From assembly GCF_009914755.1 (NCBI RefSeq), contig NC_060937.1: a stretch of DNA of 64,000 bases; one strand, given 5' to 3'. Of the stretch, positions 12,777 through 27,110 are shown piece by piece; positions within the stretch are counted from its first letter, which is position 1, and the number at the start of each line of letters is the position of its first letter. The translations under genes and the position numbers were made by a program. The stretch is from the human T2T-CHM13v2.0 reference genome, Homo sapiens. The notes below the pieces were generated by a model. The model was not told where the DNA came from and did no database searches. It saw only the letters and a program-made list of their open reading frames with translations.

Positions 12777-13250
12777 CCTATGTGAATCCATACTGTCCAT
12801 TTCAAAATTCTCTCTCTGAAATTGAGTCACAAAAATTCAGATAATGCATCTTAGAGATTCATAAGGACATGGCAGTGGAAAATTGCAGTGTCACATTGAA
12901 TATCTATTTAGGTAAATAAATATATTGGCAGAAATTGTGCCTTTTTCTTGATCTGAAGAAGATAGGCTTAGGATTAAAATATATAGATATAATACAGGAT
13001 GAAAAGATGATGCCTACACAATTTACTACTTTGGAAGAAGACTCTAATTTCTACTTTATAAGAGCACGGTCGTATCTGCTGGCACCTAATAAAATACAAC
13101 TTGTAAATATTTATCCTTTAATAAAGGTGATTCTTATTCCCCAAAGACGAATTGGTTCTCCAGTACTTTTTGAATATTTGCAGGATTATCTTGTCTGAGG
13201 CCCTTAGGGAAGTGGTAGAAGCAAGGATGGGGTGTCATCAAAAAGCAGCT

Positions 13251-13945
13251 TTAAAAGGTCAAGAAACAACACATGCTGGCGAGATTGTGGAGAAATAATA
13301 GGAACCCTTTTACACTGTTGGTGGGAATATAAATTAGTTCAACCATAGTGGGAGATGGTGTGGCAATTCCTCAAAGATCTAGAACCAGAAATACCATTTG
13401 ACCCAGCAATCCCATTACTGGGTATATACCCAAAGGAATATAAGTAATTCTATTATAAAAATGCATGCATGTGTGTATTCATTGCAGCACTATTCACAAT
13501 AGCAAAGACATGGAATCAACCCAAATGTCCATCAATGATAGACTGGATAAAGAAAATGTGGTATATATACACCATGGAATACTATGTAGCCATAAAAATG
13601 AATGAAATCATGTCCTTTGCAGGGACATGGATGAAGCTGCAAGCCATTATCCTCAGCAAACTAATGCAGGAACAGAAAACCAAACATGGCATGTTCTCAT
13701 TTATAAGTGGGAGCTGATCAGTGAGAACACATGGACAGAGGGAGAGGAACAACACACACTGGGGCATGTGAGGGGTTGGGTTGGGGGAGGGAGAGCATTA
13801 GAAAAAATAGCTAATGCATGCTGGGCCTAATAGCTAGGTGATGGGTTGATAGGTGCAGCAATCCACTATGGCACACGTTTACCTACGTAACAAACCTGCA
13901 CATTCTGCACATGTACCCTGGAACTTAAAATAAAAATTAAAAAAT
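13251..13945 (+). mobile_element. 5'-truncated older L1PA (about L1PA8-13) 3' end
   Basis: ORF2 tail peptide FIAALFTIAKTWNQPKCPSMIDWIKKMW; 3'UTR ending GTACCCTGGAACTTAAAATAAAA; flanking repeat TCATCAAAAA(A)GCAGCTTTAA at 13235-13254 and 14004-14024. Confidence 0.93.
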
Positions 13946-16900
13946 ATATATACAAGTCTATCTATTATATTAGCTTTCTTCAATGAATGAAGCTGTGATT
14001 AATTCATCAAAAAAGCAGCTTTAAGCTCAGCCCAAACCATCTGTTCTTCAAATAACCACCAGTTATTTTTCTTGGTATAGAAGGACAACAGCACCAAGCT
14101 TGTCATGTCCACAAAGATTCCTCCAACTAATAGTGCTTCTTGGGACTTGTCTTAGCCTCCTTTGTAGAACTAATATAATTCATTAAAGATAAGAATAATA
14201 CATTGCAAATATTACTCCAAATTACTCTTTAATTTTATTTACATAGAAAACAATATGTTTCTTGTGTCTATTTATACTACAAGCGTAAGCAAGTGTTTTC
14301 TCTCCAAATTATTTAGTCATATGTATTTTCTTCCAGTGCTTTTCTTTTTTCACTTAAATTTGTAATACAGCTGACATTTGTTTTGCTACGAGTATAAATT
14401 AGGAGTCCATCATTTCTTCTAAAGAACTCCCCATCCCAATGTAATATAAAGTAAGAAAACTTGTTAGCTGTCAAGGGAGGACTTGAGAATACTATTTGAA
14501 AATTGTAGAAAAATTTTGCCAACTAATCTTATTTCCTATGATCTGCTTAATAGCATTTTGTCATTGTGTTTTTTCAGGGGATTGACTCGAAATTTACTGG
14601 TTAATATGAGGTACAAGAACAAACAGTTTACTAATTCTGAGGTTTTTTTAAGGTAACCTCTTTCTTCTCGGATTTTAAACTTTTTAAAAGTTCCCTAATT
14701 GTTAAAAGTCGCACTGAGTTTTTCCTTCTGATGAGATCCCAGTGGACTATTTGTTCCAAAGACAGCTATATTTCTTCTGAATAAATGCAGCTTAAAACAT
14801 AAAAAACTTTGTTCCCTGGGTCCCTCTCTATTGCCCTTTGCTGTAAGTTGATACAATTTATAGTCCCTTACTAAGACCAATTGCTTATTTTCTTTAGAAC
14901 ATGTTTCCTTTCGGGTGAAACTGAACCGTGTCTTTCTCTGAGGCAAAGTTCTGAGGCAAAGAACCTCTGAGGGAAGACGTTCTGAGGCAAACACAGCATT
15001 TCCATGCCTTCATGGACTTACACATTCCATTTAGCTTTCCAAGTTGTTTGAGCTGATCTTTCCTTATCAGACTTGGGCATTCCTCAGAATGCTCTTCTGT
15101 AATCATAGAGTGGTATGTTGGCTGCACTACAGAGACTGTGGCCTGGTGGACTCCAGATAGAATTGCCCGACAGAGACTCAGTTCCAATTCTTACTGTGCC
15201 ATTCATTAGCTTTCAATTCTTGCTAAAGCCCCTTAATCTTTCAGTATTTCAAGTTTTGCTGCAGCAAGTGATAATAATGCTGATGTGTTCTACCAGGAGG
15301 ATATTAGGATTAACTAATTAATGGTCACAAAGAGCCTTTTAAATAGAAAGTACCAAATGTCTTTCCTGGTATAAAGTAAAATCATTTTGCCTGTCTTTTT
15401 ATCTGCCTTTTCTTGTCAAACTGTCTTCTATCATCTGCTTTCAGAGTGCTTAGGCCATTTACTTTTCAATTCAGTTCCTTCCAAAAGACTTTAAACTACA
15501 AGCAAAACTACTTTAGTTCCAATTATAAATGGGACCCCACTTTTATAGCTCAATGCCTAGAGGACCTGAGTCATACAGTGCTTCTGATTCACCTTCATGC
15601 TAGTGTTTAAAATAAAATCCAAATATATAGCATAAGGAAATTTTAAAGGGTCAGATTCAAATTACCAGAAACTTCAGTTAAATAAAAAACATTTTCCTGA
15701 CAAATCAGTTTCCATAAGTCAAACAGGTTATACATTTGATTTTAAGAATATGCACACAAATTCAAAGATGTGTCGGAGTCTGCTCAATCTTCTGTAGAGG
15801 TGTATCTGTAGACTTGATATTCACATAAAACCAGGGCACTACGAAAAGTGAAAGAAGGTCTGTTTGTGATACAGTTTATAGCTGATCACTAATCACTAAA
15901 TCAGATCAGCCTTGTATCAAAACCAGGCTAACTGTGATATATGGTCACTATGTCCATACATTTACTGAATGATAATCATTGGCAATCAGCCTGATGATAC
16001 TGATTGACTCAGGCAAGATTTTAGGTTTCTCTGTTATTGACATAAAGAAAACATAAAAACGTTTTCTGTCTGAGTTAATTAGTTAATTTAGTTAGAATTT
16101 TTTGTTTACTAATCATTCTTTGGCCACATGGAGTCTTCATAATTCAGAGAGACATAGGGTAGTAATTAAATACAGCAATCATCTGTTTTCAAGGCATCAA
16201 TTTGAGGTCTTCTGTTTTGTAATGATCCTTTCTTATGCATGACAATTTCAAAATCCTGCCCTCCAGGTACATGTAGTGGGAGTCTGGGCTGGTAGAGCAC
16301 CTTTCAGAGTCTCAGAATGTCTGTGACCTTGACATGGACTGCATTATCTTACCAAAGAATCACCCACTGCAGAAGGACTTGTAGTAGTACTAGCTAATAA
16401 CTAGCACTGCCTCCCCTCTGGGACGCTACAACTAACAAATTACAGCTCTCAGCTCAAGAGCAAAGAAATACCTGTTTCTCCGATTTCAGTGTGAGTAAAA
16501 ATCACTAGTTTGTCTAAAGTAAGTACTCCTGGGGCCCACTCTCAGAGATGCTGATGTAGTTAGCTAGTCAAGGGGCTATCCTGCATTGCTGAAAACATCC
16601 TTGGTTATTCTGAAGCACATAGCCGTGGACCTCTCTTCTAGGAATAGAATATTTTTTTCCAAATTGTAAACACAAAAGTTTGGACCATAACCTATCCATG
16701 GCTCATAAATATGGTTATACCTGTATTTACACTGAAACACTTTGGACAATGATGACTGCAAATTGATAGGCTAAGTAAATCTAATATTTTTCTATAAAAT
16801 AAGAAAGAGCAAGTAGAACCAACTTTACTTATGAAGAATTTCTTATGTTAAATCATTTAAAGCTAGAAGCTTCACTTAAGAACCTTTTCCCCCAAAACTG

Positions 16901-17224
16901 CACTTCTTAACATGCCTCAGGTTATTCTGAAAAAAGTGGTTGATGGGCCTCAAACACACCGAGAAACACTATTACTAAAAGTTAAAGTCAATTAGTTGAC
17001 TATCACAAAGCTTTATATTTCATAACAATGATTGTGTAGATTTATAAAAGGAATCCTAAACATTTAGAATATTTTTTAATCCAATAAACTATAAGCAAAC
17101 ATAATTACAACTTATATCTTGGAATGTTTTACAATTTAATGGGGAAAATGGACCAAATGCAAAAAACAAGTATAATTATGCAAATAACATTTTATTTCCC
17201 TGATTATTTAAAAAGTGTTTGATA

Positions 17225-17735
17225 TACACTATGGGATATTACTCAGTCTTACACAAACTCCTGTAATTTTTCAACAACATGAATGAACCTAGAGAACCCT
17301 GCTAAGTAAAATAAGCCAGAAATAAAATAACAATTACTGCATAATCTCACTTATATATGAAATCTACAAAAGTCAGACTTATAGAAGCAAAGAGTAGAAT
17401 GAAAAGAGAGGGTCATGAGGAGTTATTGGTCACTGTTACACAATTCAGTTATGCAAGATGAATGAGTTCTGCAGGTTAAATGTACAGCATGGTGACTACT
17501 TACCATAGTTAATACCATATTGTACACTTGAAATTTATTAAGTAGATTTTAAATGTTCTCAACACACATTCATAGAAATTGTAGAAATTGTTACTATGTG
17601 AGGTGATGAATGTGTTAATTAGGTTGAGTGAGGTAAACATTTCACAATGTATATGTACATGAAAACATCACATTTTACACTTTAAACATATGCATTTTTT
17701 TCAATCATACCTCAAAAAAGCTGGAGAATAAAAAG
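17225..17735 (+). mobile_element. L1MA/L1MB 3' end
   Basis: CAACAACATGAATGAACCTAGAG..CTAAGTAAAATAAGCCAG; TTAAATGTTCTCAACAC; ACCTCAAAAAAGCTGG end. Confidence 0.8.
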
Positions 17736-18135
17736 GAAGTATTTGAGAGCCACATGTGTTTCTGCACATATTCAATCTTCCCCATTAGATTGTAAAACAT
17801 TTCAAGATATATTTCTATTATATTGGCTAATGTTAATAGCCAACAGTTATATGCTGGGTATATGCTAATTGGCATACATATAAAGTCATTTAGTAAGAGT
17901 TTATTTGTTTTTATTAATTAGTTCCACAACTATTGATTTGACTTCTATGAAATGGGACATATTATTCAAGGTGCTTGTAATGATGATGAACAAAGTAGAC
18001 AGCAATATAGACCTAACTTGAAACCTCAGTATTTTTACAAGACAACTTATTAAGAGTTATAAATTGATAAAATTATATGTGTTAATATTGATTGGAAAGA
18101 AGCATGCCATAACTTAATTCCTCATTCATAGATTC

Positions 18136-18475
<340 letters not shown>

Positions 18476-20415
18476 TGAATCCTTATAAAATATGATAAAA
18501 GCAAAAGTAGACGAATAAGTGATAGACATTTTGACAAGGATGAGGAATAAAGATCTTAAGAAAAAAAATGTTTTAAAGGAGGAGTGAGAACACCGAACTC
18601 CCTCTATGTTCAATTATCAGAATCCTCCAAAGGCCCAGTATGAAAACCATTACAAATTATTGCAATAAGCCAACAATAAAAGTATATTTTAGGATACTAA
18701 AACAACAATATATGAAGATAGCTGCAAAGATGAATAGATATTATCTCCAACTTTCACAATCCCTGAGCTAAATTTTGCTTAATTAAAATTAAAGAATCAT
18801 AGTTATAGAAAATCTTCATGATAGAACCTTAATTCAAACCCAAGAGCTGGTTATTTATAGTTATGAACTATCATACTTAGTAACTAAACTAAGCCCCACT
18901 TATTTAATATATATTATGAAGATAAAGTAATACTGACTTTATATGATTATTTTGAGTATTAAAAGGTATAATATATTTAAAGTAGCATTGTGTGAGGCAC
19001 ATAGTACTCAAGAAATATGAGCAAATGTTTTACTCTAAGTCAAATCATTCAGTTTATTATTTCTTCATTCCATTTTCTGTAATACGAGTGCAATATTGTC
19101 ATGTATAATATAGGTGTTGTGATGGTTTCATGGATATTTAGACCTCATAAGATGTCTGTTATCTTTACACTTTAACTACAAAGTTTATAAAACAAAGGCA
19201 TTTTTTAATAATATAAGCAAAGGACTACAGAACTCGTTTCATAAAAATCACACTTATAATTGTGCCGGTTACCTTGCTCATTTCTTTTATACTGATCTAG
19301 GTTTGCCTATTAAGGATTCTCTTCCTCAGATTCTGTACTTTACTGAAATACAATTGAGAGGTCTTCAATTATAGAGGAGAAGAGAGCTGATGAATTGTTA
19401 AACAATTCCCCTTGTGGGAATAATGTCTGACTAAATACAAACACAACGTTCAGAGAACAAGCTGGAAACCTTTGGCTGAGTTCCATTATACAGATCTGCT
19501 TATGTCCCCGCCCCTCAACCCCTACCTATCCCACCCACTTGGTCCTGTATTTTGTTCTTTATTATCTTGCTCTTTTATTACATATTATTAATATAAGAAC
19601 TTTCAAAAATTCTTTGGAGAACTCAAGAGAAGTGTTAAGCATTTAGGGTAGATGAGATCAGACTTTTCAAAAGCCCAAATTTTGGTGAGTGGGAAACAGA
19701 TGGTAGAACAAATGTTAAAGTCTTATCTGTCTTCTGAGGCTACTCCCAAATGACCCTCTTGTTACCTGAGCTCACCAAAGCCACCTGTCTCATTTTCTGG
19801 GTGGCTCCCGAGGGCCATTTTACCAACCAGGAGCAAGCTGAGTGTCTCCCTCCCCTGCAGTGCAGCCTGTGAGAACTACAGCCGGGGACTATGAGGCATC
19901 TTACCCTTGGCTTTTCCATCATGAAAATGCTTGATTCCTCTCATTGTTTGGCCACGTGCATACTGAAGCAATAGCATTTATTTTTCTATTTCCTACAAAA
20001 ATCTCTAAATGAAGGACTCATATTTAGTCACCCTCTATTTAGGTAAAAGTACTTGCTAATGTGATGAATGCCTCATCATTTGGTATCTTTAATAGAATTG
20101 CCAGAACACAGACTACAATGCCTTCATTTTTATCTTCAGTGATTGATTTGGAGAGGAAAAGTATTGATTCTGTTATCAGACAGGCTGAGGAGTAATGGGA
20201 GTAGTTCATGAGTGGCTTCACTTGCTTTTCCCCTTTGTGAGCACATAAAACTCAAAATTCCATATTTTCTACTTTCCTCCAATAACAAGACAGTCATACT
20301 AGAGTAGTAACCAGTTCTTAGAGTGGAAAATATAGACTGCAAAAAAGATATTTTTTTGATAGCTGATGTTCTCACTATATTTGAATTCACACAACTGCAC
20401 CAGGGATAAAATGCA

Positions 20416-20417
<2 letters not shown>

Positions 20418-20446
<29 letters not shown>
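20418..20446. repeat. (GT)n microsatellite
   Basis: Uninterrupted GT run. Confidence 0.95.
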
Positions 20447-20449
<3 letters not shown>

Positions 20450-21130
20450 ACTATATATATTATCTGTAAGTAGGGCAGCTCTTGTTTGATTTAGCACAGA
20501 GTGATTTTTCTGAAGGATATTTTAAAAAGAAGATTGTATATGTGAAGAAATAGTGTGGCCATTATGCTCAGGTAACCTTTTCAAATATGTATGAATGATA
20601 TACTTTCCCTTGTTTTGTTCTATTTTAAATCCAAGGTCTACCTTTCAAAGTAGAAGTTGGCATGATGTTTTGAAATAGTAGCCAATATTGGTAAGTGTAA
20701 GTTGAAATGGCATTCTCATAAACAAATGATTAAGGTGTATTCTGTACATCATTAGGGAAAGCAATTTGAAAGTAATCTCAAAAGCATTTAAAATATGCAT
20801 AATTTGTGATCTAGTAACTACATTTCTAAGAACCCATGCTAATCAAATAATCAAGCATGTAAACAATTATTTTTCAGCAATGATGCCTGCTATTAATAAT
20901 GTTAGAATATAAGAAATTTCTGAAGTATCCAAAGATTAGAAAAGTAGTCAATAAATTAATCATAACATTATGGTACCATTAAAATCATATTTGTTTTAGG
21001 AAGAAAATAAAGAAAAATATGCTTTATGGGTGTATGTATTTCCAAAAGATAACAAGAAAAAATGCCTAGGAGATAATGCCACTTAAGAAAAAAGGTTTCA
21101 AAACTATAAATCAAATATTATACTTCTGAA

Positions 21131-21167
<37 letters not shown>

Positions 21168-22176
21168 GAAAATAATAGAACACAGCAAACTCGATGTTCT
21201 ATTCAGTTACCTCTACATGGTAGCATTATTAGAGGCTTTAATTCCTCACAGATTTGTCTGTATTGTTTACAATTAATGTGTATAATTGCTTGAATCTGGG
21301 GAAAATTTCATTTTTAAAATATCAAATTATTTCCCATCTGTTCCACTGTTCACCATACACTAATTCATACTGCTATTATTATTGCTATCTCTCAAATACC
21401 TCTTCCCTAAACTACACATACTTAAGCTTCCCAAATGCTTCCATTAAATGTTTTATATTACCCTCAGTAAAGTCAAACTGCTGCAAAATAAATATAAAAC
21501 ATTTACAAAGAGTCACTCAGTGAAAAAGGTGCTTCACTTATATTGCCAGGAATAGTACACAATTATTAGAGAATGTCATTGAAAAAACTAAGAATCTTAA
21601 GGCATGTGAACCTTAATAAACAAGATGTTATCAATGTTCGTATTCAAGGAGTCAGGAAAAGTTAGTGAGATCTCACCATTGGTCTGTCAGCTCTCAGCTG
21701 GAAAGATTCACAAGAATCTTCTAATGTTATGGTCTCTATTTTGTCTTAACAAGAGCAATTTATTATTCACTTGATGAGATTTGAATAAGATTTTACAAAT
21801 TATACTTACTCTTTTCTGAACATTGTGTGGAAGTGCATCAAATCAACCTAATTTCAAAACATGTTTTTGTGCAAAGCATTAAGCTTAGTGCTCCAAATAC
21901 ATTTTCATTCCAGGTAATTTTCATTATCATTATATATTATAATTGTGTATAAGTGATCATGACATATTGGCATGGTGTTGTCACTTTCAAAATCTAATAA
22001 ATATTTCAGTTATTTTTCTCAAAAATTAAGTGTCAGAAATAGCATTCTCTTAAACTGAGTCCTCATGGCATTTTAAGTAAGTAATGAATATGGGCAGAGA
22101 GGGAAAAGGGCATCAGAAAAAGTCTCAGAATATGGAAATATCTAAGGCAAAAGAGAAAAATTACTGAAGAGAATTC

Positions 22177-22502
22177 TGCTGTAGGAAAAACCGGTTCTTG
22201 TCACACGACAAGGAACAATTAAGTTTGCAGACACTTCGAAAGGTGAGAAGGACAGGGTTTATTGGGTGAAAAAAGGAAAAAAGGAGAAAATGGGACTCTC
22301 AGCAAAGTGAGAGTCCTGCTAGCTGGCTTTTTGCCTCACAGACCGAATCCCCGGTTATCACCCAGGAACAGGAGAGGCCAGGCTCCTCCCCACTGAAAAT
22401 AGCCTGAGCTTCCATGGCTCCACCCTGGTGCACAGGCCTCCCAGTGCATAAGCCGGTTGGAGGTTCTCTAAGGACCTTCCCCCTTTATAGTTGCCTGTCT
22501 CA
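22177..22502 (-). mobile_element. Solo ERV1-class LTR (MER61-like)
   Basis: TG...CA termini (TGCTGTAGGAAAAACC ... GCCTGTCTCA); AATAAA on the minus strand (TTTATT at about 22258); 4-bp TSD ATTC/GTTC; family recalled from consensus. Confidence 0.75.
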
Positions 22503-22624
22503 GTTCCAGATTGCAGAAACACAGTGGAAGGACAGTGGAGGAAAGAAGGGTGAAAAAAACACAAGCAAAAAACAAAAAAAAAAAACAAAAAAAAAAACTT
22601 GGGGTGGGAACTAGCAAGGTGTAG

Positions 22625-23025
<401 letters not shown>

Positions 23026-23089
23026 AGAAATGTTTTCTAGAATGATTACTTAGGCTTCCAGGTGGAAATGTATTGATTGATCATTTTAA

Positions 23090-23700
23090 GTAAACAAATG
23101 TTTATTGATCATCTACTCAGTACTATGCACATGATTGATACTGGGGATTTATTGATGAATAGAAAAGGGGTGAGGCTGGGAATGGAGATGAAAAACATTA
23201 AACAGACAAATATAAATGTGGTCAGTGTTACCAGAGAGGATGCCTTAAATTAATCTGGAAGACCTAACCCAGACTGGGAAGAGAGAGAAGGCTCTGAAGG
23301 AAATGACTTTGAGCTGAGACCTTAGCTAGCTTGGCAGGGTCAGAGCAGAGGGTTGCGAAGACACATCAGGATGCAGGAGAGCACAAGATAGGAGAGAGCT
23401 TAGCAGGGTCAAGCAATTTAACAAAGTTAAATACACTATAGGTTAGTGTAGAGACCTTGGAGGAGAGAAGGCATGGTGATGGATAAGGAGGGTGAAGCTT
23501 AAACATGCAGAGTGCTGCAAGTCAAGAACTGTGATCTTTATTCTAAGAGCAATGGAAAGCCTTTAACTCCAAAAACGGCAGTGACAAAATCTGATTTGCA
23601 TTTTTGAATGGTCATTCTTAGAAGCACTGTAAAAAACACATTTGTAAGTCAAGGGAGGCTAGTTAGGCAGGTGGTAAAATCACTTCAAACGTAAGTTAGA
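23090..23700 (-). mobile_element. L2 LINE, degraded
   Basis: AACAAATGTTTATTGATCATCTAC start; TTTATTCTAAGAGCAATGGAAAGCC; TGATTTGCATTTTTGAATGGTCATTCT. Confidence 0.65.
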
Positions 23701-23732
23701 TAGAAGGAATAATTTCTAAAATCTGAAAGCAG

Positions 23733-23940
23733 GGAAGGGTGACTATAGTTAATTGCAAAGTATTGAATGCTTCAAAATAGTTAGAAGTGAGGACTAGAAA
23801 TATTCCCAACACACAGAAATAATAAACACTCCAGGTGTTGGATACCCTAAATTCCCTTGCTTAATCATGACACATTCTATGCGTGTAACAGGATATCACA
23901 TTACCCCCATAAATATGTTCAAATATGATGTATCAATCAA
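23733..23940 (+). mobile_element. L1MA 3'-end fragment
   Basis: AGGGTGACTATAGTTAA...TTCCCAACACACAGAAATAATAAA...TACCCCATAAATATGT. Confidence 0.75.
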
Positions 23941-23954
23941 TATAATTACATGGT

Positions 23955-24140
23955 TATGTGTGTATGTGTGTATGTGTGTGTGTATATATATATTTATATA
24001 TATATAAAATATATATATATAAAATTACCTGGTTACATATATATATAATGTTATATAAAATATATATTATATATAGTATAGTTATATATTATATATAGTA
24101 TAGTTATATATATTTAAATATATGTGTGTATATATATTTA
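23955..24140. repeat. (TG)/(TA)-rich microsatellite, probably derived from the L1 tail
   Basis: TG then TA runs, with an internal TATTATATATAGTATAGTTATA duplication. Confidence 0.85.
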
Positions 24141-26042
24141 AAACTAGGTAACGGTGTTTTGAATAGTACACATAGTAATAGAAATAGAAAGAAGTGGACT
24201 AAGGCATTTTCATCCAGCACCTCCTCACCTAATGACTAAGACTCCATGCAGGAAGCCAACCCTGTTCTTTATGAAATATAAACCTTATAGTCCCCTCTGG
24301 TCAGTCTGACAGGCAGAGGCTTGACTCCTTGATGGTGACTCTACCATTTGTTTTCAAGATGGCCAATGAGCCAGATACCATGATGCCTTTTTAAACAATT
24401 CATTTAATAATAACTACCTCAACCCATTGTTACAAGGTTTAAATGTGATAAATTACTTGAAAGTGCTTTGGAATCTATGATCATTTTATGATACACATTA
24501 AATGGTGAAATATAAAAACCCTAAACATATCCACTCATCAATATTTATTCATCAAGCCTTTTCTACGTGGTTGACATTGTGGGGGATTGGAAAGACAGAA
24601 GAAATTTATGAACATAGCTGGTTGTGATTTAAAGAGGTGCTTCAGTGCTAATAAAATTAAGGGAACAATGAAAATAATAAGATGGACCCAGACCTTAGGC
24701 TCCAAATATAGCCCATGTTTCTCTGTTTCAAGTCTGTGAGAACTGTGCTGAACTAACCTTGTAAAACACTTCATCTTTTCTTGATTTGTTATTTAGAAGT
24801 GTTGATTGCCCTAGGGAGAGAATTATCATCTTGTGAGTGAACTTGGGAAGTTTCTGGTGGAGATTTTCCCAGCAGTTGGAACCCAGATGATGACTGCATC
24901 TGCCCAATGTCATGGCCAGACCCTCATAGTTTATGTTTCATTATAATGGAATTAGGTAAACAGAACCTTAAAGGTTTACAGATAACAGAGATTCCAAGCT
25001 TTTAATTTCTCTTTTATTTTCCCTCCTGTAATGGAAGAAACTGCTCATAGGAAAACACACCCAAATAGATTATATTCTTGGTCAAATCATTTTAATCTCA
25101 TCTAAACTGCCTCTGGTTCCTTTCATATTTCTGCCACAGTCTTCCTGATCTAGACCAGGCTGTTAATGATCACTTTCACTCACCCTTTATGAAAACACCA
25201 CTTGTATTATCACTTATTCTATTGCTACCCTTAGATCTATGTTCTAAAAAATATAAAGGCCTAAGTTTCATGAAGCAAATACATTTTAAAGAGAAAAGTA
25301 AAGTACATTTTTAGTTTCTTAGCTTGTGAAATTAGACAATTTTTGAGTATAGTTGATTATACACACGTTTACTTAATATAAATTTTATTTGAAAGGTTAT
25401 GAAAAGATACAGCTTATTATTGGTAGAAAAGGTATTATGAATATCTGTTCTTGTGATTATAATTTTATATGAAGAAAAGATAGAAGATATATATCTTAGT
25501 TGTAAGAAAATTCAAAAACATCCCAAAATTTCAATTTCCTTATCTTGACCACAGAAAAATAATATCAAGGGAAGATGTTCTGAGGATTACAGAGGATATC
25601 ATCCAGGAGAATAGTACTTTAGAAAGTAGAAAACACCATATAAATTTGTCATTGACGGGCAGCTTTTATCTAGAGGCCTAAGTTTAATCAAGGATTTCAA
25701 AACATAAAGTTGACTGAAAAGTTTTGTTGAGTAAAGTGTATATTTCAATCAGTCATAACTTTTACCTGTGAAATTTAAGAAACCATATCCATTAATTTCA
25801 TGAAAGAATTTTAATAATTAGAATGCTTTTGAGATTTACTATTTTAAATGTAATGACTCATTTTAAACATTTTACATTTTAGAAATTAAGATTTTTCTCT
25901 GAACTTGAGATTACAATATACCAGTTTACTTATTCATTCATTCATGCTTCCAATAAATGTTTATTGCACAACTAATATATACCTAGATACTATGATAAGT
26001 TCTGGGGATAAAAAGAAAGAAATGAAGATGTCTTCTTCTTTC

Positions 26043-27102
26043 TATCATATACATATAATATATAATATATAAAATAATATGATAATATATCATATATAAT
26101 TAATATATATCAAGTATAATTATATATAATTAATATATATCATATAAATATATACTATATAATATATAATTAATATATCATATATCATATATAACATTTT
26201 GATATATGATATACAACATATATCAAAATGTCATGCTGTAGTAGCACAGAATATATGATATATGATATATATGATATATAATGATATGATATATGTGATA
26301 TATCATATCATATATGATATATGTGATATCTCATATATCATATATCATATATGATATCTCATATATGATATCATATATATCTCATATCATATATGATATC
26401 TCATATATGATATCATATATATCTCATATCATATATGAGAGATCATATATCATATATATCATATATCATGATATATCATATATGAGATATCATATATCAT
26501 ATCATATATATCATATATCATTATGATATATCATATATGAGATATCATATATCATATATGAGATATCATATATCATATATCATATATGAGATATCATATA
26601 TCATATATCATATATGAGATATCAAATATCATATATCATATATGAGATATCATATATCATATATCATATATGAGATATCATATATCATATATGAGATATC
26701 ATATATCATATATGAGATATATATCATATAATATATCATATCTCATATATCATATCATATATCATATCTCATATATCATATCATATATCATATCTCATAT
26801 ATATTATATATGATATGATATATGATCTATCTTATATATAATTATATATAAGATATATAGTATATCACATATCATATATGATATATAATAATATGAGTAT
26901 ATTATATATGATTATATATCATATATAATTATATGGTATATATCATATATAATTATGTCATGTTATATATCATATATAATTATATATGGTATATATGGTG
27001 TATTATATACCATATATAATTGTATATATGATATATTATATATCATATATAATTATATATCCATATATAATTATATATGGTATATATCATATATATCATA
27101 TA
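26043..27102. repeat. About 1-kb AT-rich minisatellite (CATATAT / GATAT / CATATATGAGATAT units)
   Basis: Read directly; the units are partly self-complementary. Confidence 0.95.
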
Positions 27103-27110
27103 TTCTGTGC

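Noticed and set aside
20043-20195. Acceptor-like TTTAG followed by a 50-codon frame (VKVLANVMNASSFG..)
   Set aside because: The peptide is unrecognised, the pyrimidine tract is weak and no supporting upstream coding exon was found.
26314-26526. 70-aa Ile/Tyr/Ser-rich ORF
   Set aside because: It is a translation of the AT-rich minisatellite.
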